A DNA stretch of 64,000 bases from an uncultured Pseudobdellovibrionaceae bacterium (GTDB lineage Bacteria; Bdellovibrionota; Bdellovibrionia; Bdellovibrionales; UBA1609). The position numbers and the translations under genes were made by a program. Each line of letters opens with the position of its first letter. Positions within the stretch are counted from its first letter, which is position 1. Below, in pieces: positions 1-9,376 of this stretch. Location: positions 32,001 through 96,000 of the forward strand of contig CAWDNU010000004.1 of the NCBI GenBank assembly GCA_963803705.1, read 5' to 3'. The notes beneath the pieces are model-generated. The model had not been told where the DNA came from. It ran no database searches and was given only the letters and a program-made list of their open reading frames with translations.

Positions 1-1347
1 TAAAACTGACTCGGCGTAATCTTCGGATTCCAGATCAGAAGTTATAAGAAGCTCATTGTCTATCGACCTTAGTCTAGGGGTAAGATCGGTTTCGTTTAAA
101 CTTTTAACTGTTGGGTTTAGCCAAAGGTTGAAAAAGAAACTAACAGCTTCAATCCAAATGCGCTTTTGCATAAAATCGTTGCCCGACCAGTTCAAGCTTT
201 TTCTAAAGCTAAGTTTTGAATGAATAAACTCACCCACAAGGCTGTAAGCGCTATTCACAGAGGGCTTTGCTAAAAACTGAACTTCATCTTTAGGAAAAAC
301 TAAATTTTTTTGTGCCGTGACGAAATATCCAAGCTTTGCTTTTTCTTCTTTATCTAGTTTTAAAAAATCTAGTTTTTCAAAAGCTAAATCACCAGGGGTC
401 AAGATATCCAAATATTTTTTCCAATCCGGTAAATCAAAATCAGCGGCATAAATATCCAGAACTTTACCCAGATAGTCAGTGTAATTAGGTTCAAAGTCGT
501 CCCCTTCAATTTCCGAAATCATCTGATCATCCATATCTTGTAAGAAAACTAAATAACTTTGTAGTTTCACCCAAGGAGTCGAGCTTAAAATGCAAAAACA
601 ATTTTTAAGCTGTAAAACATCAAATTGATCTTCTATAGCATGCTCGGAAAGCTCAAAGTAAAGCTTGTCGCTGTTTAAATACAAGATCACATCTTTAGAG
701 GAATCAAAGTTTACAATTTTAGCTGGCAAATGAGATTCTGCTAAATGAAAATCACCGTAAATTACGTAATTGATTCTTTCTGGGTCCTTTTTGAAAAGTC
801 GGTTAAGAAAGTCACCCGAAACGCTATCTCTTGATGGTAAGGACTCTTGTTTCGAATCATTGATACCGAATACTTTAACACCCTCGGCTTTAGCCCAGCT
901 AAGCAACACTTCATAACCTTTAAGCGGCAGACCAAGCCATTTCTTTTGCCAATGAGTTAGCCGAAATAACTGCTCTAAAGTCACCTTAGAAGCCAAGTAA
1001 TCGTCAATATGCTTTTGGTCTTTGATATCGAAAACCTCTAAGGAGATACAAATTGACCTGTCAATTTTCTTTGACTTAAGTTCTTTTTTTAAATTCCTAA
1101 GCATCCGTAAGTGCGTTCTTTGTGATTGATAAAAGTAATGAAAGTCGCCGGCTAAAACGAACCTGGATTTAAGAATTTTGGACATCAAGTCCTGCATAGA
1201 TGCAATATCCCACACACCGTCAAAGGCTTTCTCGTACTCATCTTTATAAATTTGAAGCTCCACACTAAGGGGTCCGGTGATCATCTGGATCTCTTGCCGA
1301 AGTGATTCATAAAAATGACGTCTTGTCTTTAACCATCTAGAATGCAT
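1..1347 (-). CDS. ChaN-like (haem-binding uptake/Tiki superfamily) protein, runs off the window edge
   Basis: Not in the ORF track. Manual translation from ATG at 1347 gives MHSRWLKTRRHFYE...RFVLAGDFHYF...ISLEVF...YVIYGDFHL, matching the ChaN-type GxxH / E / GxxH spacing; frame reaches position 1. Confidence 0.6.
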   Translation of the reverse strand, partial: MHSRWLKTRRHFYESLRQEIQMITGPLSVELQIYKDEYEKAFDGVWDIASMQDLMSKILKSRFVLAGDFHYFYQSQRTHLRMLRNLKKELKSKKIDRSICISLEVFDIKDQKHIDDYLASKVTLEQLFRLTHWQKKWLGLPLKGYEVLLSWAKAEGVKVFGINDSKQESLPSRDSVSGDFLNRLFKKDPERINYVIYGDFHLAESHLPAKIVNFDSSKDVILYLNSDKLYFELSEHAIEDQFDVLQLKNCFCILSSTPWVKLQSYLVFLQDMDDQMISEIEGDDFEPNYTDYLGKVLDIYAADFDLPDWKKYLDILTPGDLAFEKLDFLKLDKEEKAKLGYFVTAQKNLVFPKDEVQFLAKPSVNSAYSLVGEFIHSKLSFRKSLNWSGNDFMQKRIWIEAVSFFFNLWLNPTVKSLNETDLTPRLRSIDNELLITSDLESEDYAESVL

Positions 1348-1392
1348 ATTATATATTATATTTTTTGTTATGGTTTTTAATCAATCAAGGAA

Positions 1393-2583
1393 ATGGAAAT
1401 GATAAAAAAAACTCACTTGCTTGCAATATCAATTTGTTTGTCTATTGTTTTGCACGCCTATTTAACAAACAGCTACTTTCAGGTTCACTACGGTGACGGT
1501 GGTACCAGCAATGCGATTTGTAATGTGGGTGAAAAGTTCAATTGCGAAGCCGTAACGGCTAGCAGCTACTCACAATTTTTGGGAATTCCTTTAGCAACCT
1601 GGGGTTTAGGTCTTAATTTAAGTTTACTTCTTCTTTTATTAGGATACATGCTTTCTGACCAATTTAAAAAAGAATGGCTAGGAGCTTTGCAGCTGCTGAT
1701 TATAATCAGCGCCCTTGGATCTGTGGTTATGGCTGCTGTCTCTATTAGCTTTTTAACTGTGTACTGCTTATTTTGCATATTTTTGTATCTACTTTCTTTC
1801 TTTCAGCTTTTGGTTATCTTCAAAATATCAAACTTTCTAGACTTTAAGACTAACGTTAAATGCTTGTTCGACATTAGGAGCACACCCTACGGAATTTATA
1901 TTGTTTTAGCGTTATTTCCAGTTGTATCAGCTTTTGTTGGAGCAAAAATGAAGCGAGATTTCGGTGGAGACAGGTTTGATAAGCAAGTCACAGCTCTTAT
2001 TCAGTCTTGGAAAAATGAAACTAATGTCGTTACATTCCGTAACACCCCCGCAACTCTTATCAAAGCTAACACCGAAAACCCATCTGACTTCGAAATAGTT
2101 GAGTTTGCAGATTTTCTATGTGGCCATTGTAAAAAAGCATCAAAAACAATTAAGACTTTCTTGGTTGGACATAAAGCGAATTTTAGATTTTATACCTTTC
2201 CTTTAGACAAAACTTGCCGGACTATTGATAACACCTTAACCGGCCCAAGTTGTTATCTTGCGAAGACAGCTTACTGTGCAGATAAACAGTCTAAGGGCTG
2301 GCAAGCTCACGACTGGATTTTTGAGAATCAAGATAAATTGATGACCTCAGTGGAAAAAGTTAAACCTATAATTGAGGGTATGAACTCAGATCTTGGCCTA
2401 AATGAGCAAGCTTTGGCGAGCTGTATCGAGGACGAAAACACTCATAAGGCAATAGTAACTCAAAGCCAATTTGCTGAAAACCTTAATATTACCGGGACCC
2501 CAACAATTTATGTCAATGGCAAGAAGCTAAAGGGCGGTCAAATTTTAGATGTTTTAAAGAAAGCTTACAAGATAAGTCATTGA
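1393..2583 (+). CDS. VKOR (vitamin K epoxide reductase family) fused to a DsbA-like thioredoxin domain
   Basis: Loop Cys pair CNVGEKFNC, TM helices with CLFC, then EFADFLCGHC and the cis-Pro motif ITGTPTIYVNG. Confidence 0.9.
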   Translation: MEMIKKTHLLAISICLSIVLHAYLTNSYFQVHYGDGGTSNAICNVGEKFNCEAVTASSYSQFLGIPLATWGLGLNLSLLLLLLGYMLSDQFKKEWLGALQLLIIISALGSVVMAAVSISFLTVYCLFCIFLYLLSFFQLLVIFKISNFLDFKTNVKCLFDIRSTPYGIYIVLALFPVVSAFVGAKMKRDFGGDRFDKQVTALIQSWKNETNVVTFRNTPATLIKANTENPSDFEIVEFADFLCGHCKKASKTIKTFLVGHKANFRFYTFPLDKTCRTIDNTLTGPSCYLAKTAYCADKQSKGWQAHDWIFENQDKLMTSVEKVKPIIEGMNSDLGLNEQALASCIEDENTHKAIVTQSQFAENLNITGTPTIYVNGKKLKGGQILDVLKKAYKISH

Positions 2584-2742
2584 CAGGGTTAGGTAAACTC
2601 CAGGAACATTATATTATGTTCTGAGGCTTGTGTGTCTTGAACATTTTGGTAGGCATCTAGTTAGTATAATTGATTAAGCTGATTGATCTAATGCCATTAA
2701 ACTAGTTAATAAATCTGACTAGCGAAAAAAAATATTCAATAA

Positions 2743-4035
2743 ATGGATTTAACTTTTGGGGTCATCTTGAAAAAAAAATCAGATCAGGAAAATTTAAACT
2801 CTGCTTTGGCAAATGCTAGCAAGTCCTTAACCCAAACTTTGCCTGTAACTCCTGACATTAATCCCTCAAACGAGTTTTCATCTTATCCAAGTGCAAGTTT
2901 ACAATCTGTTATAAAGCACAATGAGGACTTGATGGCTCGCCTATCTGTAAACCTAAGGCGTGTTGGTCATCTGGAAAAAATCATCGAAGATGTAAGTATG
3001 AGATTCAAAATCGAAAAGTCAAATTCCGATTCATTAAGAGATGAATTGCTCATTCACAATGAAAAAAACAGACTTTCGGAATCACAACTTCAGAAGATGA
3101 CCGCTGAGCTTAGTCGATATCAAAAATCATCTGACCAGCTGCAAACAAAGTCAGATTCATTAATGGCGGAGCTGCTAGACAAAAGCTCTGAGTATGAATC
3201 TAGGCTTCAACAGCTAAAGCTTGAAGTTGACGAACTAGCGGATTCAAAAAGATACGCTGAAGACGAACTGAAGCCTAAGTTAGCTCAGATGGAAGAAAAA
3301 AATGGGACACTTCTGAAAAGTGTCCAGGATTCTCGCTTAAAAAATGAAGATCTTAAAGAAAAGCTACTAAACCTAAGCCAACAAGCTCAAGCTGAGGCTT
3401 TGAAATTCCAAAGTTTGTGCAAAGATCTGCAGACAAAGATCAGAGATAAAGATCAGTTGATCTCGCAGTTTCAAGGTTTAGACGAAAAGATTAAATTTGT
3501 GACTAAAGAAAAAACAATTTTGGAGAATAAAAACATAGACTTAGAGCATGAAGTTAAAAGGATATTTTCAGCAAAATCGTCAGAGCTAGAAAATGTTCAA
3601 AGCGAACTGACCCTGAAAAATAACGAGATTCAGAAGCTTAAAATTGAAAACTATGAGCTTAAAAAGTCTTGGGCCGATGCTCACAAAAGAGCAAAAGATT
3701 TCGAGTCACAAAATTCTTCTTTAGAAGAACAGTCAAATTCTATGAAGCATATGTGGCAAGAGAAAAATCGTAAGCAGACAGAGCTAGAGTCTCAATTGAA
3801 AATTTTAGAAAATATGCGACATGAGCTGTCCAACAAACTACGCAACTTAGATAACGAAATCAAAAGCAAAAATTTAAAAATTAATGACCTGTTGAGTATG
3901 ATCGACATGATGAAATCGAAGGGTCAGTTTGAGAAAGACGCCATTTTAGAAACTGCAATACGGGGAGTAAAAAATCTTTACTTCCAAGAGGAAGAAAAAC
4001 CTTCAATCGACAGCACTAAAACCATCAGTTTTTAA
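2743..4035 (+). CDS. Long coiled-coil protein of unknown function
   Basis: 430 aa, K/E/Q/L-rich heptad pattern, no catalytic motif seen. Confidence 0.7.
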   Translation: MDLTFGVILKKKSDQENLNSALANASKSLTQTLPVTPDINPSNEFSSYPSASLQSVIKHNEDLMARLSVNLRRVGHLEKIIEDVSMRFKIEKSNSDSLRDELLIHNEKNRLSESQLQKMTAELSRYQKSSDQLQTKSDSLMAELLDKSSEYESRLQQLKLEVDELADSKRYAEDELKPKLAQMEEKNGTLLKSVQDSRLKNEDLKEKLLNLSQQAQAEALKFQSLCKDLQTKIRDKDQLISQFQGLDEKIKFVTKEKTILENKNIDLEHEVKRIFSAKSSELENVQSELTLKNNEIQKLKIENYELKKSWADAHKRAKDFESQNSSLEEQSNSMKHMWQEKNRKQTELESQLKILENMRHELSNKLRNLDNEIKSKNLKINDLLSMIDMMKSKGQFEKDAILETAIRGVKNLYFQEEEKPSIDSTKTISF

Positions 4036-4362
4036 GACAACCTTTTGTTTTGCTTCACTAAGATTTAAATAAATCTGAAATTTTTCACTTAAATAAGGTT
4101 CTAGAAGACGTTTATACTCTAAGCCCACATCACAAACACTTAGGCCGTTCGGGTTTTTTTCAGACAGTTCTACCAGTGTCTCTACGAAAGAGCTCATTCC
4201 AGTGGAACCAACAAAGTCCAAATCTCGTAAAGAAAAAACCACCTTGTTTTGCAAGAAGTGTCTAAAACCCTTTCTTTTGAACTCGAAAGCTTTGTCAAAA
4301 TCCAAAGTACCAGATAGCGTCACTACCAGAATATCTTCTTCTAAAGTAATATTTGCGTTCAT
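4003..4362 (-). CDS. STAS-domain anti-sigma-factor antagonist
   Basis: VVTLSGTLD and DLDFVGSTG resemble the STAS phosphorylation-site motif. Confidence 0.85.
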   Translation of the reverse strand: MNANITLEEDILVVTLSGTLDFDKAFEFKRKGFRHFLQNKVVFSLRDLDFVGSTGMSSFVETLVELSEKNPNGLSVCDVGLEYKRLLEPYLSEKFQIYLNLSEAKQKVVLKTDGFSAVD

Positions 4363-4617
4363 TAAGACCCAGCCTTTTTGGTACCTACTTTCATTATATG
4401 CTTGTTTTTAATTCAACAACATATGGTCTGGTTCAAAAGCAGGGAAAATCAGGACTTCCGAAGGTCATTTTAGGCCCATGGTATAGTGTAAACTAACTAT
4501 TAAGTCTAACCCAGCACACCCATTACTTCTTGTATCGATTGCCGTTTGGATTTAGTTTATTTATACAAACTAGACTTTGAGACTTGAGCTCATAACTTTA
4601 ATAGAATAGGGCTTCGC

Positions 4618-6987
4618 TTGTCTTTTAAAAAAAATATCTTCTACGTTCTAATTTTTGCAATCTTGGGATCAGGATTGCTAGCAAGCGCACAAGATAAATC
4701 GGACCAAAAAAACGTAAACAAAATAAGTGACATTATTTACCAGGCTGACGTTATACAAGCAGACTTAGACAAAGGCTCTGCGCTGTTAAAAGGAAATGTA
4801 ATTATTTACTTTGAGGGATACAAGCTTACAGCTCCAGAAGCGGAGATTATAAAAGCCGAGTCAAGATTTACCGCCAGCGGTGGCGTGAAGATAGAAAACC
4901 TGATGACTACGATGACGGCAGAGTACGTTGAAATCTTTTTTAATGACAACACCGGTATTTTAAAAAATGCACGGATTGTTTCGGGTCAGGTGCTAATTGA
5001 GGCCAGTGAAATCAGAAAACTTGATAAGGATGTGTTCGAAGCCGACAACTCTTACTTTACTTCGTGTTTGACCTGCCCCCCTTTTTTAAGTTTTAGAGCT
5101 AAAAAAATTAAAACCAATATAAACAAATATATCGACCTTCGTTGGGGTCGTCCACAGATTGGGAACCAACCTATTTTTTTAGTACCAAGACTTATATTCC
5201 CTGTGAACACAAGAAGAAAAACAGGGCTACTTTTTATTACACCGGATTTGTCAACAGCCCGCGGGCAGTTTAGTTTAGGTATTCCTTACTTTTGGGCGAT
5301 TTCAGATCATCAAGATCTTACTTTTACGCCAGAAATTTATTCGAAATCGGGAATTAATACTGTCTTTAACTACAGACACCTTTTTAATTCTGAAAGTAAA
5401 ATGGAAGCTAACTTTGCGTACATGAAAGATAACGACTTTGTTATTTATGACTTTCAAAATAAGACAGAAAATAGCATCGTGTCTAATCGTTGGTTTTTCG
5501 ATTTTAAAAATGAGCTTTATCTGCCTAAAAATTTCGTCCAAAAATCTAAGATTCGGATAGTTAGTGACACTATTTACCTGTCAGATTTTCCTAATAGATT
5601 TTCTGATCGAACTGAACCAAATATCGAAAACCAAATTTCCATTGTTAAGAATGAGGGCAATAATCACTTTTCATCTGAAGTTGTTTATAACATCAATTTA
5701 CTGACCGAGAATTTCGAAATTGATAACTTAGATGCTGTTCACCGTACTCCACAAATAAAGTATAACCGATTGAATTCTATTTTTCTAAAAAACTTTAGAT
5801 TCAGCTTTGATTCGGAATACAACAAGTTTACCAGAAAAGGGCTTTCTTTTGATGAAATCGAAATCAACGCCTTGCCCTTAGCCCCAGGTCAGCTGCCTAA
5901 AGAAATTAGCACGTCCCCTACTGGAACTTACGACCCTACGTTGGGCTTGATCAGATCAGGCCACCGCTTGTTTTTGCAACCAAATGTAGTGGGATCTTTT
6001 AACCTGAATGACCGTTTACTGGCTTTACCGAAGATCAGACTGAATCAAGGTTTTTACTCTTTTTCACCCGAATTTAACGACGCTGTGGCAGCTAATCCAG
6101 AAGGTTTGCCCTACTCGGAGCTTGCGCAAAGAAGTTATGTTGAAGCAGAGTTGGAATTTAAAACTCAGTTTTCAAAAGTTTTTAATACTAAATGGAAACA
6201 CACCGTTGAGCCGTCAATTGCTTATGTTAAAGGAAATGTAATTTCAGAGACAGATCACGTGTTTTTTCAAAGCACTAGGGATTTGCCGTATTATCGAAGA
6301 TTTCAACCCATAAATGACTCTGATTTTTTTGACTATAACCATGGTATTCAATTTGATTATTACGACCGTATTGAAGATACAGAAATTGTTAAAATAGCTT
6401 TGCTGCAAACTTTTTTACGAAAAAACAAATCTAATAATATAGATTACTATAGCCAACCCATATATTTAGAGCTTTCTCAAAACTACGATTTTATAAACGC
6501 TCAAAGCGATAGGCCAGATCCTTGGTCTACATTAAATGCTTTAGTAAAAATAAAAACAGACAAGACCGAAACTTTCACACAAGCTTCTCATTTTCATAAG
6601 CTTAGAAAAACAAATTTTTCTACTAGAAATAAATATATATACCAACCAGGAAAATTTGTTTCTTTTTCATACAAAAATAACTACCTAATTAACCGGAATA
6701 ATGAAGAAGAGTTTCATCAAGAATTTTTCGGTTTTGGTGCTGGCTGGAAACTGCCATTTATTTCTTTTTCTGGAGAAGTTCTTTACTCAACGCTGGACGA
6801 CCAAGTTCAACAGTGGCAATCCCGACTGGGATATAGTCCTCCTGGTGAATGCCTAGAGTTTTTTATAAACATTTTTGGTAACATCGATCGTAGGCAAGCC
6901 ACAAATAGACCTAACTTCAAATTCAATTTTGTTTGGAATTTCGGGCAAGGTAGCGAGAAGCCAAGTGATGTTAGCGCGGTTTTCTGA
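4618..6987 (+). CDS. lptD: LPS-assembly outer-membrane protein LptD
   Basis: Signal peptide, OstA-like N-domain, FTSCLTC, RRKTGLL, IPYFWAI..QDLTFTP, C-terminal barrel with a late Cys. Confidence 0.88.
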   Translation: MSFKKNIFYVLIFAILGSGLLASAQDKSDQKNVNKISDIIYQADVIQADLDKGSALLKGNVIIYFEGYKLTAPEAEIIKAESRFTASGGVKIENLMTTMTAEYVEIFFNDNTGILKNARIVSGQVLIEASEIRKLDKDVFEADNSYFTSCLTCPPFLSFRAKKIKTNINKYIDLRWGRPQIGNQPIFLVPRLIFPVNTRRKTGLLFITPDLSTARGQFSLGIPYFWAISDHQDLTFTPEIYSKSGINTVFNYRHLFNSESKMEANFAYMKDNDFVIYDFQNKTENSIVSNRWFFDFKNELYLPKNFVQKSKIRIVSDTIYLSDFPNRFSDRTEPNIENQISIVKNEGNNHFSSEVVYNINLLTENFEIDNLDAVHRTPQIKYNRLNSIFLKNFRFSFDSEYNKFTRKGLSFDEIEINALPLAPGQLPKEISTSPTGTYDPTLGLIRSGHRLFLQPNVVGSFNLNDRLLALPKIRLNQGFYSFSPEFNDAVAANPEGLPYSELAQRSYVEAELEFKTQFSKVFNTKWKHTVEPSIAYVKGNVISETDHVFFQSTRDLPYYRRFQPINDSDFFDYNHGIQFDYYDRIEDTEIVKIALLQTFLRKNKSNNIDYYSQPIYLELSQNYDFINAQSDRPDPWSTLNALVKIKTDKTETFTQASHFHKLRKTNFSTRNKYIYQPGKFVSFSYKNNYLINRNNEEEFHQEFFGFGAGWKLPFISFSGEVLYSTLDDQVQQWQSRLGYSPPGECLEFFINIFGNIDRRQATNRPNFKFNFVWNFGQGSEKPSDVSAVF

Positions 6988-7017
6988 TCTTGCCCCTTGT
7001 TTGCGTGGTGAATTACT

Positions 7018-7190
7018 GTCTACCGCGCTACGCTGGCGGTTTTCCTTCGTGTCTACCGCGCTACGCTGGCACGGCCACATGCATAGCTGTACAGCTTCGC
7101 TTGCCGTGGCGGTTTTCCTTCGTGTCTACCGCGCTACGCTGGCACGGCCACATGCATAGCTGTACGGCTTCACATGCTGTTGCGGTTTTC
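7018..7190. repeat. GC-rich tandem repeat (73-bp unit, about 2.3 copies) with internal hairpins
   Basis: GTCTACCGCGCTACGCTGGC at 7018, 7051 and 7124; units 7038-7110 and 7111-7183 are similar; lies between convergent lptD and yebC. Confidence 0.9.
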
Positions 7191-7970
7191 TTAGTGAATG
7201 CTTGCGTACACCCGATGGGAATCACCGTGATCTTCTAATTTGTCCAGAAAATCGTAGACCTCGTCTTTTTGTTCATCTGAAAGCTCTGTAAAATTTTTAG
7301 GTTTGTAAGAAAGCTCGGCCATTTTGATGGACCATCCCCTATTTGTTAGCTGATCTCTTACAGAACCGACATCTTCTTGAGCTGTGTAAAATACAGCCTG
7401 GTCAGACAATAACTTTTCAGCTCGGTTTATAGTGTTAGCTTCACTGCGTGAAGCTTCAGTTTGGCTTTCGCACCCTTCACTACGTGAAGCTTCAACATCT
7501 TGAGCTCCGGCCTCTATAGCTTCTTCTTCAAGGTCAACCTTTTGATCCTTACTGGCTTCAATTAACCCTATACGGTCGAACATCCAGGCAACTGACCCCA
7601 GCTCACCCATGGCGCCACCTGCCTTTGTAAATAGCATCCTTAGTTCAGCAGCCGTTCGAGCTCTGTTATCTGTTTGGCATTCAACCAGAACACCAACCTG
7701 ATGCGGTCCGTAACCTTCGTAGGTTAATTCTTCTATGTCTTTACCATCATCTAAAAGACCAGCTCCACGCATTATAGCTTTTTCAATTGTATCTTTCGGG
7801 CATGAAGCTGCTTTTGCAAGATCTACTGCAATCTTTAGTCTTACATTGCCATCTATATCTGGCCCACCAAGTTTAGAGGCAACTTGAATCTCTTTGACAA
7901 ACTTCGTGAATATAGCGCCACGCTTAGATGCCGTGTCTGCCTTAGCACCTTTCTTCCACTGTTTTCCCAT
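7191..7970 (-). CDS. yebC: YebC/PmpR family regulator with an internal ~25-aa insertion
   Basis: MGKQWK, GGPDIDGNVRL, TYEGYGP, TDNRART, GSVAWMFDR motifs. Confidence 0.95.
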   Translation of the reverse strand: MGKQWKKGAKADTASKRGAIFTKFVKEIQVASKLGGPDIDGNVRLKIAVDLAKAASCPKDTIEKAIMRGAGLLDDGKDIEELTYEGYGPHQVGVLVECQTDNRARTAAELRMLFTKAGGAMGELGSVAWMFDRIGLIEASKDQKVDLEEEAIEAGAQDVEASRSEGCESQTEASRSEANTINRAEKLLSDQAVFYTAQEDVGSVRDQLTNRGWSIKMAELSYKPKNFTELSDEQKDEVYDFLDKLEDHGDSHRVYASIH

Positions 7971-8014
7971 AATTTCTGTCTCCTCTTGGCATTTAGCTTA
8001 GAAACTTTAGCTGT

Positions 8015-8455
8015 TTACTGCTTGTGGTCAGCAAGCAACTTATAAGCCTGTGCGTAGTACTTAATTTGTTTGACCATACTATTTAAGCCATTAGTTCGAC
8101 TGGCTGACAAGTGCTGAGCCAACTCAACCTTTTCTATAAAAAAAGGTGCTGTAGATAAAATATCTTCAGGGCTTCGCTGACTGTACACTTTTAGTAGCAG
8201 GGCTACGAGACCCTTTACGATCACAGCATCGCTATCTCCTTGAAAGGAAACTAAACCGCTATCTTCAAGTTTGGCTTTTAACCAAACTTGCGACTGGCAG
8301 CCTTTAACTTTTAGGTCTTCAACTTTATCAGAGTTATCCATGGGTTCTAAATTTTTACCCAAAAAAATCAGATGTTTATATTTATGTTCCCAAGTCTGAA
8401 ATTTAGAAAAATCACCTACAATTTCGTCTTGAGTGCTATTTATTGATTTGGACAT
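8015..8455 (-). CDS. sufE: SufE cysteine desulfuration protein
   Basis: KVKGCQSQVW, DSDAVIVKGL, LSASRTNGL. Confidence 0.95.
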   Translation of the reverse strand: MSKSINSTQDEIVGDFSKFQTWEHKYKHLIFLGKNLEPMDNSDKVEDLKVKGCQSQVWLKAKLEDSGLVSFQGDSDAVIVKGLVALLLKVYSQRSPEDILSTAPFFIEKVELAQHLSASRTNGLNSMVKQIKYYAQAYKLLADHKQ

Positions 8456-8647
8456 GACTCAAAGTAGATAAAATCTAGCACTTTTGCAATTTTAGATTGA
8501 TTTTAGCCACTTACAGTATTATGCATAGCTTCATCTAAGGGTAATTTTTAAGGTTGGTTTTACATTTGTTTTCGTGTAATTTCATAAACTTCAATTGCTT
8601 ATTGAACTGAATTATTTGATTAAGAAAAAACACAAGGAGATGTCTTA

Positions 8648-9277
8648 ATGTCGAAACAACGGGTTAAACCTAAATACAAAACCCAAAGAAGACTTGGGGT
8701 AGAGCTTCCAGGACTTGGAAAAGCTGGTGCACTTGAAAGAAAGCCCTACCCACCTGGCGAACATGGATCTAAAAGAAAAAAGTTTTCTAACTACGCTCTA
8801 CAGCTAGAAGAAAAACAAAAGATTCTACACAATTACTGTTTGCGTGAAAAGCAACTTCGTCGCTTTATCAGAGACTCAAAAAAAGGTACTTCGGCAAACT
8901 GGATTGCTTCTTTGGCAGGCCTTTTGGAACGAAGACTTGATAACGTAGTATTTAGATTGAATTTTGCTCCTAGCATTCGTTCGGCAAGGCAATTAATTGG
9001 CCACGGACATATTTTTGTGAACGGTAAAAAGTGTGACGTTGGTTCTGCCGTTCTTAAAGTTGGCGATGAGGTGGCTTTGAAAGATTCGTCTTATGAGCAT
9101 CAGTGCTATTTAAGGGCAAAAGACAACCCAAGAATGGACACTCCTGACTATTTATCGAAAGAAGCTAAAGAAAGTAAAGAGACTGGTAAAATCGTAAACA
9201 TACCGGGTTTAGAAGCTATTCCTTTCGCATTTCAATCGGGACTATTTACAGAATACTATTCTCAAAGAAAAGCATAG
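8648..9277 (+). CDS. rpsD: 30S ribosomal protein S4 (stand-alone copy)
   Basis: PYPPGEHG, QLEEKQK, LERRLDNVVFR, ARQLIGHGHIFVNG. Confidence 0.96.
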   Translation: MSKQRVKPKYKTQRRLGVELPGLGKAGALERKPYPPGEHGSKRKKFSNYALQLEEKQKILHNYCLREKQLRRFIRDSKKGTSANWIASLAGLLERRLDNVVFRLNFAPSIRSARQLIGHGHIFVNGKKCDVGSAVLKVGDEVALKDSSYEHQCYLRAKDNPRMDTPDYLSKEAKESKETGKIVNIPGLEAIPFAFQSGLFTEYYSQRKA

Positions 9278-9302
9278 TAGATTCAAGATTATAAGATTTT
9301 TG

Positions 9303-9347
9303 GAATTAAAAAAAAGACAGTGTTTTACACTGTCTTTTTTTTAATTC
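9303..9347. terminator. Bidirectional intrinsic terminator
   Basis: GAATT-A8-GACAGTGT-ttt-ACACTGTC-T8-AATTC perfect inverted repeat between convergent genes. Confidence 0.9.
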
Positions 9348-9376
9348 AGCACTTGATCGAAAGGTTTGACGTTGTC

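Noticed and set aside
6853..7238. Three short ORFs with repeated peptides (STALRW, LPRYAG)
   Set aside because: Translations of the 73-bp tandem repeat; they overlap lptD or yebC.
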